Source: Convolutriloba macropyga (taxonomy: Eukaryota). Taken from it: a stretch of 64,000 nt of DNA. The notes beneath the pieces are model-generated. The model did not search any database. It was not told the DNA's origin and was given only the letters and a program-made list of their open reading frames with translations. The translations under genes were made by a program, and so were the position numbers. Within the stretch, counting starts at the first letter, position 1. Every line of letters starts with the position of its first letter. This document shows, in pieces, positions 1 through 14,605 of the stretch. The stretch is taken from positions 13,640,001 to 13,704,000 of the forward strand of contig NC_134468.1 in the NCBI RefSeq assembly GCF_964194025.1, read 5' to 3'.

Positions 1-2106
1 CTACAAACTTCGTTTGAGAGCAATTAAAATTGAAGAACTCAGGTCACTCAAAAATTCAAAGAACATTCTAGAACAAAAGCGCAAAATCGAGTTAGACATA
101 CTCAGGTGACATAATGAGATGTACACAAGCGAGTATCAATACCAATAAGCATTAGAGATGGTAACTAATGAGACTAAAGAGAGCAAATTTCAAGTCGCAG
201 CCACTTAAAATTGAGCATTATGGATCCATACTGCTTCTATTTTCAAATCCATTTTTCGATACTGAGTCGATTAATTTCCGATTCAGTATGTGTCGGAGTT
301 TCCGATTCTGTGCCGATTCAGTATGTTTCCGATTCTGTGTCGGAGGGGGGTGGGCGGTGACTGAGGGGGGGGGGGGGGGGTTCAAAGGTGGGTCAAGGAA
401 GGAACCGCCCCCCTCACGCCCTGAAATTATCTCCTTAAAACAAGTTCGGCGAATCGCATACTTAGAGATTTGTAAGGCGCAGGGCTCTAAGAGAGCTGCT
501 CAGTCACTAAATGCCGAGCGCTATCTGTTTATCCGGTTTTTGAGGACGAAAAGTCAAAAGCGTCAGACGAAAAATCGGTCAAGCAAAAAATTGCATAAAA
601 GACCGACAGGACTAATATAATTGCTACAAACTTCGTGTTAGAGCAACTAAAAATATAGCCGGCAGATATCCCGAAAATAGCCGCCGTTGACGCGCTTGAT
701 GCCCATTGGTATTGAAACAAAAAGATAAATTGACCGAATTTTTTTCCATTTTTTTTAGTGTCAAAAAGTAATCTAATTCGTCGTGCAGTTTGTGGGATTC
801 TTAAATTATGCTTGATTCAGCTTCTAAACTGAAAGCTTATAAACTTAATACCAATGCCAGCTTGCAAATACTCTAATGAACTTTGATAACCTAATTCTCA
901 ATGACCTACTGACCGGGCTTTATCGGTTTATCCCGTCTCTTCTGATTTTACTATCAACCTTGAATGTAATCACGGTCGTGCGTAATTTTACTGCGCCGAA
1001 TCACTCACTTTTTCGTTCCAATTCTTTCTTGTTTCAGCGTGACCAAAATCACTACTCCAATTTGACTTCAAAAATCATGAAAATGTGTGAACAGATCTTA
1101 AAAAAATAGCCGGAAGAATTCCCGAAACGACTCGAAGTGGAAATCCACTTAAAAGTTATCCAACTACTCATCAGACAAAACCTTCCTCCACTAATTTATG
1201 ATTATCTTGAAACAAAACCATTAAACAAGAACCTAAAAGAAAAACAAATTTAAAATAGAATTAAAAAGCTGATCGAATTTTTTCATAAATTGAGATCCCG
1301 AATGACTGTCTCTGCCAAAATTACTTCAACAAAACAACTAGTACCTACAAAAACCATTTATGAGAGTTTTTCAAAAAACACTTTAAGCCAAATCATGAAA
1401 CAATTAGCTCTTATAAACAACTTGGACTAAAAAACTGGGAAAACTTAATAAATTTTTAATATTACAAAAGCACATAAATCCAAAGAAAAATTCCTTTCAG
1501 CCAATAGGGTAGCCAGATGCTCGCAAAACAATAGGCAAGCCATAATATGCTGAGAAACTTCCGAAAAACAAAAACGAACTGCAAAAAAATAGGAAAAAAG
1601 TTTCAATTTTCGTCATTTTTTATATTTCTAAACAAAATGCTTCGCATCCACAACACGGTAATCACTCGTTATCTAAAAATTGCTCCAGTAATAGGGGTCT
1701 TTTTGATACCCATTTAAAGCAGTAAAACACAACAATCGTCAAAAAATGGCAAAATAAGCCCAAAAATCAGCAAAAAACATGAAAAATCTCCAAATTAGCA
1801 TGAAATTCATATGAAATTCCAAAAACCTTCAAAACACAACCAAAACAAGCCTAAAAATAACACGAAATCATAACCACACCTCTTAACCAAAAACATTGAA
1901 AACATAGCCGGCAGATTGCCGGAAAATAGCCCCGATAGACGCTTGGGGCATTACATGAATTGAAAAAACTATAGAGATTAGACAGACATATCAACAACCA
2001 GTCCTTTAATAGACCACTAGACTTTTTGGATTAGCTTTGGACTGTCACTTTTATGAGACACATAAGCTCTATAAGGAGAAAGCCCTTATATGGCTCTTCA
2101 AAATTA

Positions 2107-2266
2107 GGATCTCTTCCGTTTGTGCCCCTCAGCTTAGTGGGCGCATATTATTTGCACCCCTCAAAAGCACGTGCAAAATTTTTACATAATGACTTACCAG
2201 GTAATGGCACGTGCTCTGTAACTGGGGGCGCATAACGTACTGGGGGAGCACAAACGGAAAACATCC
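2107..2266. mobile_element. MITE, 160 bp, 8-bp TSD (Merlin/hAT/P-like)
   Basis: Imperfect TIRs GGATCTCTTCCGTTTGTGC.. and ..GCACAAACGGAAAACATCC; direct repeat CAAAATTA at 2099-2106 and 2267-2274. Confidence 0.7.
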
Positions 2267-2783
2267 CAAAATTAAAATTCGAAATCAAAAACTCAAGACT
2301 CAATAATCAAAAATTCAATCAAAAATCAAAAACTCAATAATCAAGAATTAGGGCATGTGTTTAGCACTACTCAGATGCACACTATTGACCTTCATTAACT
2401 GTTCATAAAATTTAAAGTTCAATAAGTGAGTTCAGAAGTCATTTTTTGAGTGAGGTCAGTCATTGAAAAAGTCAATTCTAAGAAGTCAGGGTGAGACAAA
2501 ACAGAAATCTTTTAGACGAAGTAAAAAAACATAGCAGGACAAGTCCTGAAATACAATTCAAAGAATTGAATGAAAAACTTAGAAATACTCTAACTGACCA
2601 GCAGATCAATTCAATGCTGCCAAACAAAACACACAAAATCATCTCAAAAAATTGAGAAACAAACAATCAAACAAACTTAACAAATATATAATCATTGATA
2701 AAACTGAAGATTTTACCCCTAACGCAAAATTTGATCCCTTTAAATATACCTATTTCCAAAATTATGTTCAAAACCAAATTTTG

Positions 2784-4047
2784 TTTCAGAAATTGGTGCA
2801 GTATTATATCTGAAACACCTGAAAATATTCATTGGCCCTTGAAGATCGATTAACTAGAGGCTATCCAGTGAAACAATTCCAAGCCTTAAAAAATTAATTG
2901 GTTCAAAGATCAATAGGCAATAATTTTTAAAAATTTCAAATTTCATAAAACAGAACTTCGTTGTATTAAAATGTTGAAAACCATCTAATTACCCCCTAGC
3001 AACTATTTAATAACATACTATCAAACCCTGTATGAGGTTATCTGGCTAGAAAAACTGAATAAGAGACATATGTTTTGAAAAAACTTAAAAACTTGCGAGT
3101 TTTATCAGAAAACTTTCAAAATTCAAAAGGTTAAATTGTTGAAAACAAAACTATTGAAAATAACAATTATGCAGTAACTTTTTTCAGACCGTGGAATTGG
3201 TTTCTTTCAGAAATTGGTGCAGTATTATATCTGAAAGACCTGAAAATATTCATTGGCCCTTGAAGATCGATTAACTAGAGGCTATCCAGTGAAACAATTC
3301 CAAGCCTTAAAAAATTAATTGGTTCAAAGATCAATAGGCAATAATTTTTAAAAATTTCAAATTTCATAAAACAGAACTTCGTTGTATTAAAATGTTGAAA
3401 ACCATCTAATTACCCCCTAGCAACTATTTAATAACATACTATCAAACCCTGTATGAGGTTATCTGGCTAGAAAAACTGAATAAGAGACATATGTTTTGAA
3501 AAAACTTAAAAACTTGCGAGTTTTATCAGAAAACTTTCAAAATTCAAAAGGTTAAATTGTTGAAAACAAAACCATTGAAAATAACAATTATGCAGTAACT
3601 TTTTTCAGACCGTGGAATTGGTTTCTTTGAGAAATTGGTGCAGTATTATATCTGAAAGACCTGAAAATATTCATTGGCCCTTGAAGATCGATTAACTAGA
3701 GGCTATCCAGTGAAACAATTCCAAGCCTTAAAAAATTAATTGGTTCAAAGATCAATAGGCAATAATTTTTAAAAATTTCAAATTTCATAAAACAGAACTT
3801 CGTTGTAATAAAATGTTGAAAACCATCTAATTACCCCCTAGCAACTATTTAATAACATACTATCAAACCCTGTATGAGGTTATCTCGCTAGAAAAATGAA
3901 TCAGAGACATATGTTTTGAAAAAACTTTAAAACTTGCGAGTTTTATCAGAAAACTTTCAAAATTCAAAAGGTTAAATTGTTGAAAACAAAACCATTGAAA
4001 ATAACAATTATGCAGTAACTTCTTTCATACCGTGGAATTGGTTTCTT
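2784..4047. repeat. Tandem repeat, 3 x ~421 bp, near-identical
   Basis: AATTGGTGCAGTATTATATCTGAAA recurs at 2791, 3212 and 3633, with the intervening sequence almost identical. Confidence 0.95.
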
Positions 4048-7000
4048 GGCACTTCAGAATGAACAACTATCAAAAATTGACAAGAACTTTAGGAAACCTT
4101 AAAAAAATTGCAGATTTTCAAAAAAAATGCTAAAATTTGAGACAGTAAAATATCAAAAACCAACCCATTATTACTAGAACCTATGAAGTGCCCTATTAGC
4201 AAACCTTAAAGGAGACTCCCTGGCACCTGAAGATGGAAAAACTCAAAAAATGACAAAAATTTTCAAAAAAAATTAAAAGTTGCAAAAACTAGTATCATTT
4301 TGTTTTTTTTTGTAGTACCAAAACACATAGCTCATAAAATGGTTATAACAAGTACTTTTGTCTCGAAAAAGGCCTTCATCAACTTTTAAAAATCTTCAAA
4401 CTAAGACTACTCAAGCAAAAAACTTGAAAAAATGCAAAATCCCAGCAGCTGCAACACTCTAAGCACTTGAGGGACTACTAACGTCCACTTTGGGCCTCTA
4501 ATGAAACTTAATGCCCGCTGGGCGTTACCTGTTTATCCGTTTTGAAAGATCAAAGAAGATAAAAGTCATTCAAAAAATGTGTGAACACATCTTTAATAAA
4601 AAAACATAGCCGGAAGAATTGCGGAAACGACGCGAAGGACAAATTGCCCATACTTATGACTAAACAACTAGAACAACTTTTGTGAACCCTGAACCTCCAG
4701 AAATGCAATAAATAATTTAAGGAAGAATAGAAACGGCATGCAAAAACAAATTGAACAAAAAACAACTTGAAAAACTTAATGAGTTGTTTTTAATAGAACT
4801 AGGAAACATAAAGCCGCATAAAGTTCCTTTGGAATTAGAGCAACGAAAAGCTCACAAAACAATGGGCAAGTCACAATAGGTTAGGAAACTTGTCCAAGAT
4901 TTAAAAAAAGAAAAACTGCAAAAAAATAAGAGAAATTTTGTAAAATTTCTCAATTTTTCTTACAATTTTCATTTAAATGATTATCAAAAAAAATTTAGTC
5001 AATTGGTATCTGAGTATTCGTTACTCAACGAGCTTCTATTCAAATCCCACTTAAAGCATTAAAACAAAAAAAACAGGCAAAATATCATTAAGGTTCGTCT
5101 AAAAATTAGCAAAACTGATCAAAAACCTCCAAATTAGCATTAAACTCAAATTAACAACTTGAAACCTTGAATTCCCATCAAAACTCTAAAAAACAGCTGT
5201 ATGAACAAAAACCACTCTCTTTTCGCTCCGCTCTTCACTTTTGTTCAGCAAAATTTTTCACGCGTTTCAATTCCCGCTTCAAAATTCACTCCAATAAAAT
5301 TGATTTAAAAAAAGGACTTCGCCAATACTCCTCTTCGAGTCGTAAAAACAGCGCCCCAATACAATTCAAATTCTTTGAATTGTAAAAAAATTTAGGAGCG
5401 CAATAAGAGCCGCCTGGAATTGAGGACGCGAAAAAACTTCTTTAAAATGCCGCATGTGAACAAAAAATTTCGCTTCATAACAGAATTTTTTTGCATACCT
5501 CAATTTCTCGCTCTCTAGAAAACAGTGATATGAAAAAAGAAAACCAATTTTTTTTCGCTCACAACAAAATCACTCCAAATTTTTTCACGTGTTTCATTTC
5601 CTGCTTCAAAATTCACCCCAATAAAATTGATTTAAAAAAGGACTTCTCCAATACTCCTCTTCGAGTCGTAAAAAAAGACAGCGCCCCAATACAATTCAAA
5701 TTCATTGAATTGTAAAAAAAGGAGATCGCCTAAAAAATATCCGTTTGAGAGGCTGACGTCGTCAATTAAAAACTACAATATAACATACCCGGCAGATTGC
5801 CGGAAAATAGCCGCCGTTGATTCCAATAAGCATTATTGGGATTGAAATAACAGAAGATATTGAAAAAAAAAGATTTTTGTACAAAAACGTTTTTTTAAGT
5901 CCGATTTATTTTGATGGCATTTCGTAGTTGAACATACTTCTCTTTCTTAGAGAGAGGCTACAGGGGCTACTATCAATACCAATAAGCATTAGAGATGGTA
6001 ACTAATACTTAGAGGAACGACATTCAAATAGCGGGCATCTAAAATTAGGCTTTATGGGTTTATCCCGTTTCTACTTCTGACTTCAATTTTTTATACTGAC
6101 TCTGTTCAGTTTGAATTGCTTTGCTGAGCAACTGATGTTCAAAATCACTTTTAGCAGAATGAGAGAAGAGAGAAACTAGCCTAGAGAAGTCAAAAAGATT
6201 TCACGCAAAATGTTGAAAAGGCGGCAAAATGAGGTAAAGCGAAAAATTTTTTTATTCGACGAAGTAAAAAAACATAGCAGGACAAGTCCTGACGTACAAT
6301 TCAAAGAATTTTCATTGACTAAACAGAAAAACTAGACCTAGAATGGACTATGAGTGAATTGAGAAAACCATTTTAAAAAAATCAGATCAAAAAATTAAAA
6401 AAAAACGACAAAAAATCAATGTCAAAATGCCGCATGTGAACAAAAAAACCACTAGCGAGAAATGAAAATTTAATTCAAACAAAAATTAGGCCTAGAATGA
6501 GCTGTGAATTGATTGGGAAACCATTTAGAAAAAAATTCGATCCAAAAAATCGAAAAAACAGTAAAAATCAGAGTGAAATTGCCGCATGTGAACAAAAAAC
6601 CACTACCGAAAAACCGAATTTTTGTTCAAACACCATTTTCGCAATCTACTTTAAAATTAGAGCGAAAAAAATTCACGCCGCAAAACCACTCGCTTTTTCG
6701 CTCCATTTCCTGTTTCGGCGTGACCAAAATCACTACTCCAATTTGACTTCAAAAATCATGAAAATGTGTGAACAGATCTTAAAAAAAAACATAGCCGGAA
6801 AAATTCCGGAAACGACTCGAAGTAAAAATCTGACTATTCTCACTAATCAGATGCATCACCAGCATATTACCAATCGACAGACAGTGTAACCAATTCACAA
6901 AGAAAAGACTGGAGAACTGGAAACATGACAAAGGACGAAATCAAAAAATAATATTCTCTAAAAATCCAAACAAAATTCTCTACAAAAAGAAAACATGCAG

Positions 7001-9452
7001 CTTCCCATCCATAACTCATAGAAATCAATTAGTTATATATTTGGCTAGATCAATCGACCACCTAGTACTTGCAGAGAAACCTTAAACATCAAACTAAAAA
7101 AAGACTAAGAAAAAATCCTTAACGAATTAGAGTTTTGTATAATTTGTTTAAATGAAAACTGTCCTGCTAAGCATTCAAGTGCAAATTCAAAGTATCGACA
7201 CCTACAAAAATGCTCCTTATTGAGAAAAAGTTACCAACAAAAATCATTAAATTGGAAGAAATAGGCAAAAAACTTAGAAAAAAGACAAAAAGTGGCCAAA
7301 ATTTGCTCTGATTTACTCGATTTTCTTTAACAAAAACAACTCGAAACAAATATCAATCAAAATGAAAGACATCCAAAAGAACTACAACAACTGACTTCCT
7401 CTATAAAACCCCCCAAATGCTATCAAAGGCTGAGGAAGAATAGAAACGACATTTAAAAACAAATTGAACAGAAAAACGAGAAAAAGTAAGGTGTTTTTTT
7501 TAATTTTACAAGAAAAAAGAAAGCCAAATAAAGTTACTTTGAGCAAATAGAGCAATGAAATGCTCGCAAAACAATGGGCAAGTTATAGCAAGCTAAAAAA
7601 ATTGCCGACGATTGAAAAAAAAACGAAAAAAAGCAAAAAATTAAAAAAGTGGTTAAAAAATTATCAGTTTTTCTGTCATTTTTCTTCAGAAAAAAAGTTT
7701 TATACCAACAAAATTGTAATCAGTTTGTATCCCTGATATTCATTGAGCAACGAGCTTCTATGCAAATTGCACTTAAAGCAGTAAAAGAAAACAAAAGGCC
7801 AAAATACATTAAATTTCGTCGAAAAATCAGCAAAACTGATCAAAAACCTCCAAATTTGCATAAACTCAAATTAACTACTTGAAACCTTCAATTCCTATCA
7901 GAACGAGCCCAAATCCAATACAATATCATAATCAAACCCAATAAACAAGAAAAATTGCAAATAAACTGCTTTTAAAAGCCGCACGTGAACAAAAAAATTT
8001 CGCTAGCTCAGAGAAAATTTTTTCACACATCAATTTCTCGCTCTCTCAAAAACAGCGGTATGAACAAAAAACCACTCTCGTTTCGCTCTACTCTTCACTT
8101 TTGTTCAGCACCAAAAGCGCTCTAAATTTTTTCGCGCGTTTCATTTCCCGCTTCAAAATTCACTCCAATAAAATTGATTAAAAAAAAAAAAGGACTTCTC
8201 CAATACTCCTCTTCGAGTCGTAAAAAGACAGCGCCCCAATACAATTCAAATTCTTTGAATTGTAAAAAAAAAATAGGAGCGCTATAATAGCCGGCTGAGA
8301 AGATGAGGGCGGCTATTAAAAATATTTTTTTCATAATATCATTTTCGTGATTTAGTAATATGATTATAGTGCTTTAGTAACATATTTTAGTGATTCAGTA
8401 ATTTGCTTTTGGAGAAACCATGATATTTAAATTGTTTTAAAAAGACAACTATATACGTTTCATTTACTCAGGTGAACTTGTTAACTCTTTCTGATTGACT
8501 AGTTGTCATCTTGTGTTTACACATTTACACAATTCATCATCACACTCGGTGAGAGCGAAGCTCAAAAAACTACAACGCATGATTTTTCAATCTTATGTTA
8601 AAGAATATTATAAATATTACATTTGTCTACTCTAATGAATAGCAATACAATTCAGCTTCAGCTTCTTTTGTATTCCAAATCTTCACTAACGAATTGAGCT
8701 TTTATATTTATTTGACTTAAATTTTGAGAGCAGCAGAAGGAGCCAGAAATATTTGCCAAAACCTATATCGGCTCAATGTTTCAACTAGCCGACTGTCAAT
8801 ATCAAGCTCAATTTGGTTTTTTTAAAATAGTACCAGTAAAAGTCAATTCCGACTCCAAAAAAGCGTTTATAAAAACTATACTGCTTAATGCTTAATGTGT
8901 TAATGCTTATGAGCACAAATTAGCGTTGCTTGAGAGGAAGAAAATATAAAATAAGAATAGATAGCTAGATTCTAAATAGATAAATCATTAAGATGATTTT
9001 TATTGGGCCAGGTGGTTTAAGTCAGTGTCATCCACCATAACAGCTCGATAGGTAGGCAGCAGAAAATAAGACTTAAAATCCTATACAACTCTTTATATAC
9101 AAGTTTCTTCTAAACTGCACGCAAACTCAATTTTTGGTCATACTATAAGAGCTGACTTCCCAGCAACACCATTCATCAAATTTAACTAAATACGCGTTGA
9201 GTAAAACTTTTTGTGTCCCTCATATAGGGTTCTAGTTGTATTTTGTTATATTACCAACACAATAATTGTTCGTTTTTGCTTGATTCAATAGTCATTAACT
9301 ATTTTTATTCAATATATTCCTATATATTATTCGTAAAGGAAGAGCAAGAAGTACTGTTGTCTTTTGCATTTTATTTGAAATGAAATTACTGTTTAAATTT
9401 CGGCTACATTAACATCACATTGTAATAGTACAGGTGCTTGATGAGAACTAAC

Positions 9453-9584
9453 CGCTCTCCTGGCATGTTCACGCAAAATGTGGCGCAGTGCTTTGTTTGA
9501 GGACTCGAATGCCTGCAGCTTGTCCAACAGAAGAGACCTCTGTTTGTTCAGCAGAGAAATATCCGATGAAGACATTCTTTTATC
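9453..9584 (-). CDS. ODF2/cenexin-like exon, duplicate copy (phase 0-0, 44 aa)
   Basis: ttaAG|GAT..GCG|GTTAGT; DKRMSSSDISLLNKQRSLLLDKLQAFESSNKALRHILREHARRA, identical to 11901-12032. Confidence 0.7.
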
Positions 9585-11900
9585 CTTAAATCAAAACAAA
9601 CAATCTCATACCACCGTCTTATTTGCCAAATCCACCTCATTGTCCACAGCACACGGCTTTTATACAAAAAGAAAGGCTTACAGTCATTATTGCTCTAATA
9701 AAAAGTTAACCAGTCAACAAAGCGTATATGATGGTTTCATTGATAAGCTTGTCTTTATTCTTGGCAAGTGTGTGTTTCAAAATCCATTTTTCGCAAACTA
9801 CAAAGCCATAGTTCACAACAGGTACTGTGGTACAGCTTGATAATCTTTGCACAATCTGTTTCAAGTATCAAAAATGTGCCAGAATTAACCACTTACAAAG
9901 CAAAAATAGCATTTGTACGGAATGAATAATTGCGCTTCAAATAATCTTAATGTCACTTTTTGAATACTTCAGCTCCTTATTTCGTGACGATTTTTAGCTT
10001 CTACAACAGCCATACAAATTTGACTTTTGTAATATGTTGCGTTGACGATTCTAGAGCATTTAATTCAGGCGCGTGCAAATATGGGAACAGTAATCCAATA
10101 ACAAAAACGCTAATAAATAAAGAGAAGCAAATCCATTGTCCGATGTCAACACCACAACGGAAATTGAAAACCGACTTGACAAGATCACAAAAATTTCATA
10201 TAATTTTTAAAAAAATTAGTATCAATCTCCTTAAGCCACAAAATATACAGCTGAAAAACAAATAAAGCTGTGCGAGTGAAAACTTCGTGAAACAAGGACA
10301 AACAGATAGGAAACAGACACACACAAAAACCAGGAACTAATAGTGGAGCCGCGTAGAATTCATTATCCTCAATAGCTCAAATAACACATCATTATCAACT
10401 GAATCTCAAATAGAATAGATCGTTCGTATCATTTAGTAGCCAATGGAACTAATTAAACTCATTTGCTTTGAAAGTAGAAGTTTATAATCAAAAACAATTA
10501 TTCTACAAATTGGCATCCGAAGGGATTAGGAGATAACCTTTAAAATAATTCTTTCGCACTCTCATAAATTCTATCATGAAACCTTTCATGAATTCTTTTT
10601 ACTAGCATACAGTCGTAGTTTGACGCCATGAAAAATATCTCCGTAACGTGCTCGTCAAATCAAAAACCGCCTGAGTTACCGTTTCTTTACAGACAAAGTA
10701 GAAACACGGTATCATTTGCATAGAAATGAGTTAGTTGACTTCCAGCCGTTCGAATATGAGATGAACTGTAATGGCAACAAATAGCAGTTTCAAAGCAACG
10801 GGAGTAACGCTGAACCTTGTGGTACCTCGGTTTTGATTTCCTGCTCCGAAGACAAATCTTTAAACAAGACTCTCTCAGATCTACCACAGACAGCTTTCTA
10901 AGAAGCAGACAACACAGCCATCGAATTTTTTGCTGACATCTAGAATCCATAGAAGTATATTTTGATTAAGTGCATGGAAGGCTGCTGATAGGTCAAGCCG
11001 AATGTAAAAATTGCCTTTTTGTCCTAAATAAAGTAACGTCATTGATAACTTTTAGAAGGGCTGTTTCGGTTGAAAGACACTTTCTACACAAGAATTTATT
11101 GCCTTCAAGGTGCTCAGTGAGCGGTAAAAAAGCTGCTCTTTCTATTTAATGTGATATAAATTGATATTCGATACTGGTCTATAGTTTTCAAAATCCTCAC
11201 AAACAGATTCACCTTTTTAATACCATAAACCGACACACGTTTACAATAATTACTTCAAACTCTATTCGAGCGCAATTAATGAAGTCCCAGAGATATTTGC
11301 CAAAATCTATATCGGCTCAATGTTTCAACTAGCCAACTGTCAATATCAAGCTAAATTTGGTTTTGAAAAATAGTATCAGTAAAGTCCATTCCCACTCCAA
11401 AAAAGCGTTGATAAAAACTGTATAATGCTTAATGTATTAAAGCTTATGATCACAAATTTGCGTTGCCTGAGAGTAAGAAAATATAAAATAAGAATAGATA
11501 GCTAGATTCTAAATAGAGAAATCATTGAGATGATTTTTATTGGGCCAGGTGATTTAAGTCAGTGTCCTCCACCATAACAGCTTGATAGGTATGCAGCAGA
11601 AAATAAGACTTAAAATTCTGTACAACTCTTTATATACAAGTTTCTTCTTAACTTCACGCTCTACTCAATTTTTAGGTCATTCTATAAGAGCTGACTTCCC
11701 AGCAACACCATAATTGTTCGTTTTTGCTTGATTCAATAGTCATTAACTATTTTTATTCAATATATTCCTATATATTATTCGTAAAGGAAGAGCAAGAAGT
11801 ACTGTTGTCTTTTGCATTTTATTTGAAATGAAATTACTGTTTAAATTTCGGCTACATTAACATCACATTGTAATAGTACAGGTGCTTGATGAGAACTAAC

Positions 11901-12032
11901 CGCTCTCCTGGCATGTTCACGCAAAATGTGGCGCAGTGCTTTGTTTGAGGACTCGAATGCCTGCAGCTTGTCCAACAGAAGAGACCTCTGTTTGTTCAGC
12001 AGAGAAATATCCGATGAAGACATTCTTTTATC
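11901..12032 (-). CDS. ODF2/cenexin-like coiled-coil protein exon (phase 0-0)
   Basis: AG/GT bounded. Peptide resembles vertebrate ODF2 'EKQMTCTDINTLTRQKELLLQKLSTFEETNRTLRDLLREQH' (recalled, not searched). Confidence 0.8.
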
Positions 12033-14605
12033 CTTAAATCAAAACAAACAATCTCATACCACCGTCTTATTTGCCAAATCCACCTCATTGTCCACAGCAC
12101 ACGGCTTTTATACAAAAAGAAAGGCTTACAGTCATTATTGCTCTAATAAAAAGTTAACCAGTCAAAAAAGCGTATATGATGGTTTCATTGATAAGCTTGT
12201 CTTTATTCTTGGCAAGTGTGTGTTTCAAAATCCATTTTTCGCAAACTACAAAGCCATAGTTCACAACAGGTACTGTGGTACAGCTTGATAATCTTTGCAC
12301 AATCTGTTTCAAGTATCAAAAATGTGCCAGAATTAACCACTTACAAAGCAAAAATAGCATTTGTACGGAATGAATAATTGCGCTTCAAATAATCTTAATG
12401 TCACTTTTTGAATACTTCAGCTCCTTATTTCGTGACGATTTTTAGCTTCTACAACAGCCATACAAATTTGACTTTTGTAATATGTTGCGTTGACGATTCT
12501 AGAGCATTTAATTCAGGCGCGTGCAAATATGGGAACAGTAATCCAATAACAAAAACGCTAATAAATAAAGAGAAGCAAATCCATTGTCCGATGTCAACAC
12601 CACAACGGAAATTGAAAACCGAAAAACTTGACAAGATCACAAAAATTTCATATAATTTTTAAAAAAAATTAGTATCAATCTCCTTAAGCCACAAAATATA
12701 CAGCTGAAAAACAAATAAAGCTGTGCGAGTGAAAATTTCGTGAAACAAGGACAAAAAGATAGGAAACAGACACACACAAAAACCAGGAACTAATAGTGGA
12801 GCCGCGTAGAATTCATTATCCTCAATAGCTCAAATAACACATCATTATCAACTGAATCTCAAATAGAATAGATCGTTCGTATCATTTAGTAGCCAATGGA
12901 ACTAATTAAACTCATTTGCTTTGAAAGTAGAAGTTTATAATCAAAAACAATTATTCTACAAATTGGCATCCGAAGGGATTAGGAGATAACCTTTAAAATA
13001 ATTCTTTCGCACTCTCATAAATTCTATCATGAAAACTTTCATGAATTCTTTTTACTAGCATACAGTCGTAGTTTGACGCCATGAAAAATATCTCCGTAAC
13101 GTGCTCGTCAAATCAAAAACCGCCTGAGTTACCGTTTCTTTACAGACAAAGTAGAAACACGGTATCATTTGCATAGAAATGAGTTAGTTGACTTCCAGCC
13201 GTTCGAATATGAGATGAACTGTAATGGCAACAAATAGCAGTTTCAAAGCAACGGTAGTAACGCTGAACCTTGTGGTACCTCGGTTTTGATTTCCTGCTCC
13301 GAAGACAAATCTTTAAACAAGACTCTCTCAGATCTACCACAGACAGCTTTCTAAGAAGCAGACAACACAGCCATCGAATTTTTTGCTGACATCTAGAATC
13401 CATAGAAGTATATTTTGATTAAGTGCATGGAAGGCTGCTGATAGGTCAAGCCGAATGTAAAAATTGCCTTTTTGTCCTAAATAAAGTAACGTCATTGATA
13501 ACTTTTAGAAGGGCTGTTTCGGTTGAAAGACACTTTCTACACAAGAATTTATTGCCATCAAGGTGCTCAGTGAGCGGTAAAAAAGCTGCTCTTTCTATTT
13601 AATGTGATATAAATTGATATTCGATACTGGTCTATAGTTTTCAAAATCCTCACAAACAGATTCACCTTTTTAATACCATAAACCGACACACGTTTACAAT
13701 AATTACTTCAAACTCTATTCGAGCGCAATTAATGAAGTCCCAGAGGGAAAATTCCCTGATCTAAAGAAGATCATATCAGTAAGTAGCTTCATATGATGTC
13801 ACTAGAGCTCATTAAAGAGATCTACATGATTTGAATCTACAAAATCAAACCAATTTTGGCCATCTTGAGTTCAGATGTAAAATTGTGAATTAGAGCAATT
13901 TAGATCCCGCTCAATTCGGACAGACAATGACGTAAAAGTCTAATGGTCCGACGAAAAACCAATCGAGCAAAAAATTGCATTAAAAAGACCAAGCGGAGCC
14001 AAATAATGAAACATGACCGACTAACGTCGGGCGAATTGCTCTCAAACGACCGGCGAGCGGTTGGCTTGGTCAGTAGCTAGCCACGGGGGGGGGGGGGGTG
14101 CACCGGGCACCGGGGGCTGATGGGGGCAGTACTGGGTGGGGGAGGGCAAAAGCGCGGTGGGGGGGGGGTGGAGCCAATAGTGGGGGTGGGGGTCAACAAA
14201 GGGGGGGGGGGGGTGTCAACCTCTAAGAACCGCCCCTCACACCATAAGTATAAGTATAAGTCTCCAAGACAGTTTGAGCTGAAACAAACCTGAAAGGCTC
14301 TAAGAGCACATAATGCCCGCTGGGCGCTACCTGTTTATCCCGTTTTTGAGGACGAAAAGTCAAAAGCGTCAGACGAAAAATTGGTCAAGCGAAAAATCGC
14401 ATAAAAAGACCTACAGGACTAATATAATTGCTACAAACTTCGTTTGAGAGCAATTAAAAATGATCAAAATAATATTTTGCATACGAAAAGACAAACACCA
14501 ACTCAATAATCTTGAAACGTTGTTCGAGAGACATCGATAATCCTTCACTATACGCAGGCGTAAGTTTCTAGCGCTCCTATCGGTGTCTATGTAATATATA
14601 CTAAC

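Larger units (their letters stand above)
340..8340. repeat. Patchwork of AT-rich dispersed repeat modules, probably non-autonomous TE remnants
   Basis: Recurring modules: ATAGCCGGCAGATTGCCGGAAAATAGCC and variants (657, 1106, 1904, 4606, 5784, 6792, also 17488, 44193, 47517); TAATGCCCGCTGGGCG.TACCTGTTTATCC and variants (508, 4509, also 14311, 19092, 20907, 22724, 38032, 59308); CCAATACTCCTCTTCGAGTCGTAAAAA (5320, 5648, 8200). Confidence 0.7.
8745..13745. repeat. Tandem duplication, 2 x ~2.45-2.55 kb, each copy with one ODF2-like exon
   Basis: Copies start ~8745 and ~11289 and end at GAAGTCCCAGAG (~11292, 13745). Near-identical over the last ~2 kb; the first ~0.45 kb is more diverged and has indels. 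Confidence 0.95.

Noticed and set aside
168-620. 150-aa ORF and the many other 60-130-aa ORFs in 1-8340 and 17700-23300
   Set aside because: They lie in low-complexity or repeated AT-rich modules, show no recognisable domains, and several have frames that differ between repeat copies.
9478-12288. 120-aa + strand ORFs at 9478 and 11926
   Set aside because: They are antisense shadows of the ODF2-like exon, repeated only because of the duplication.
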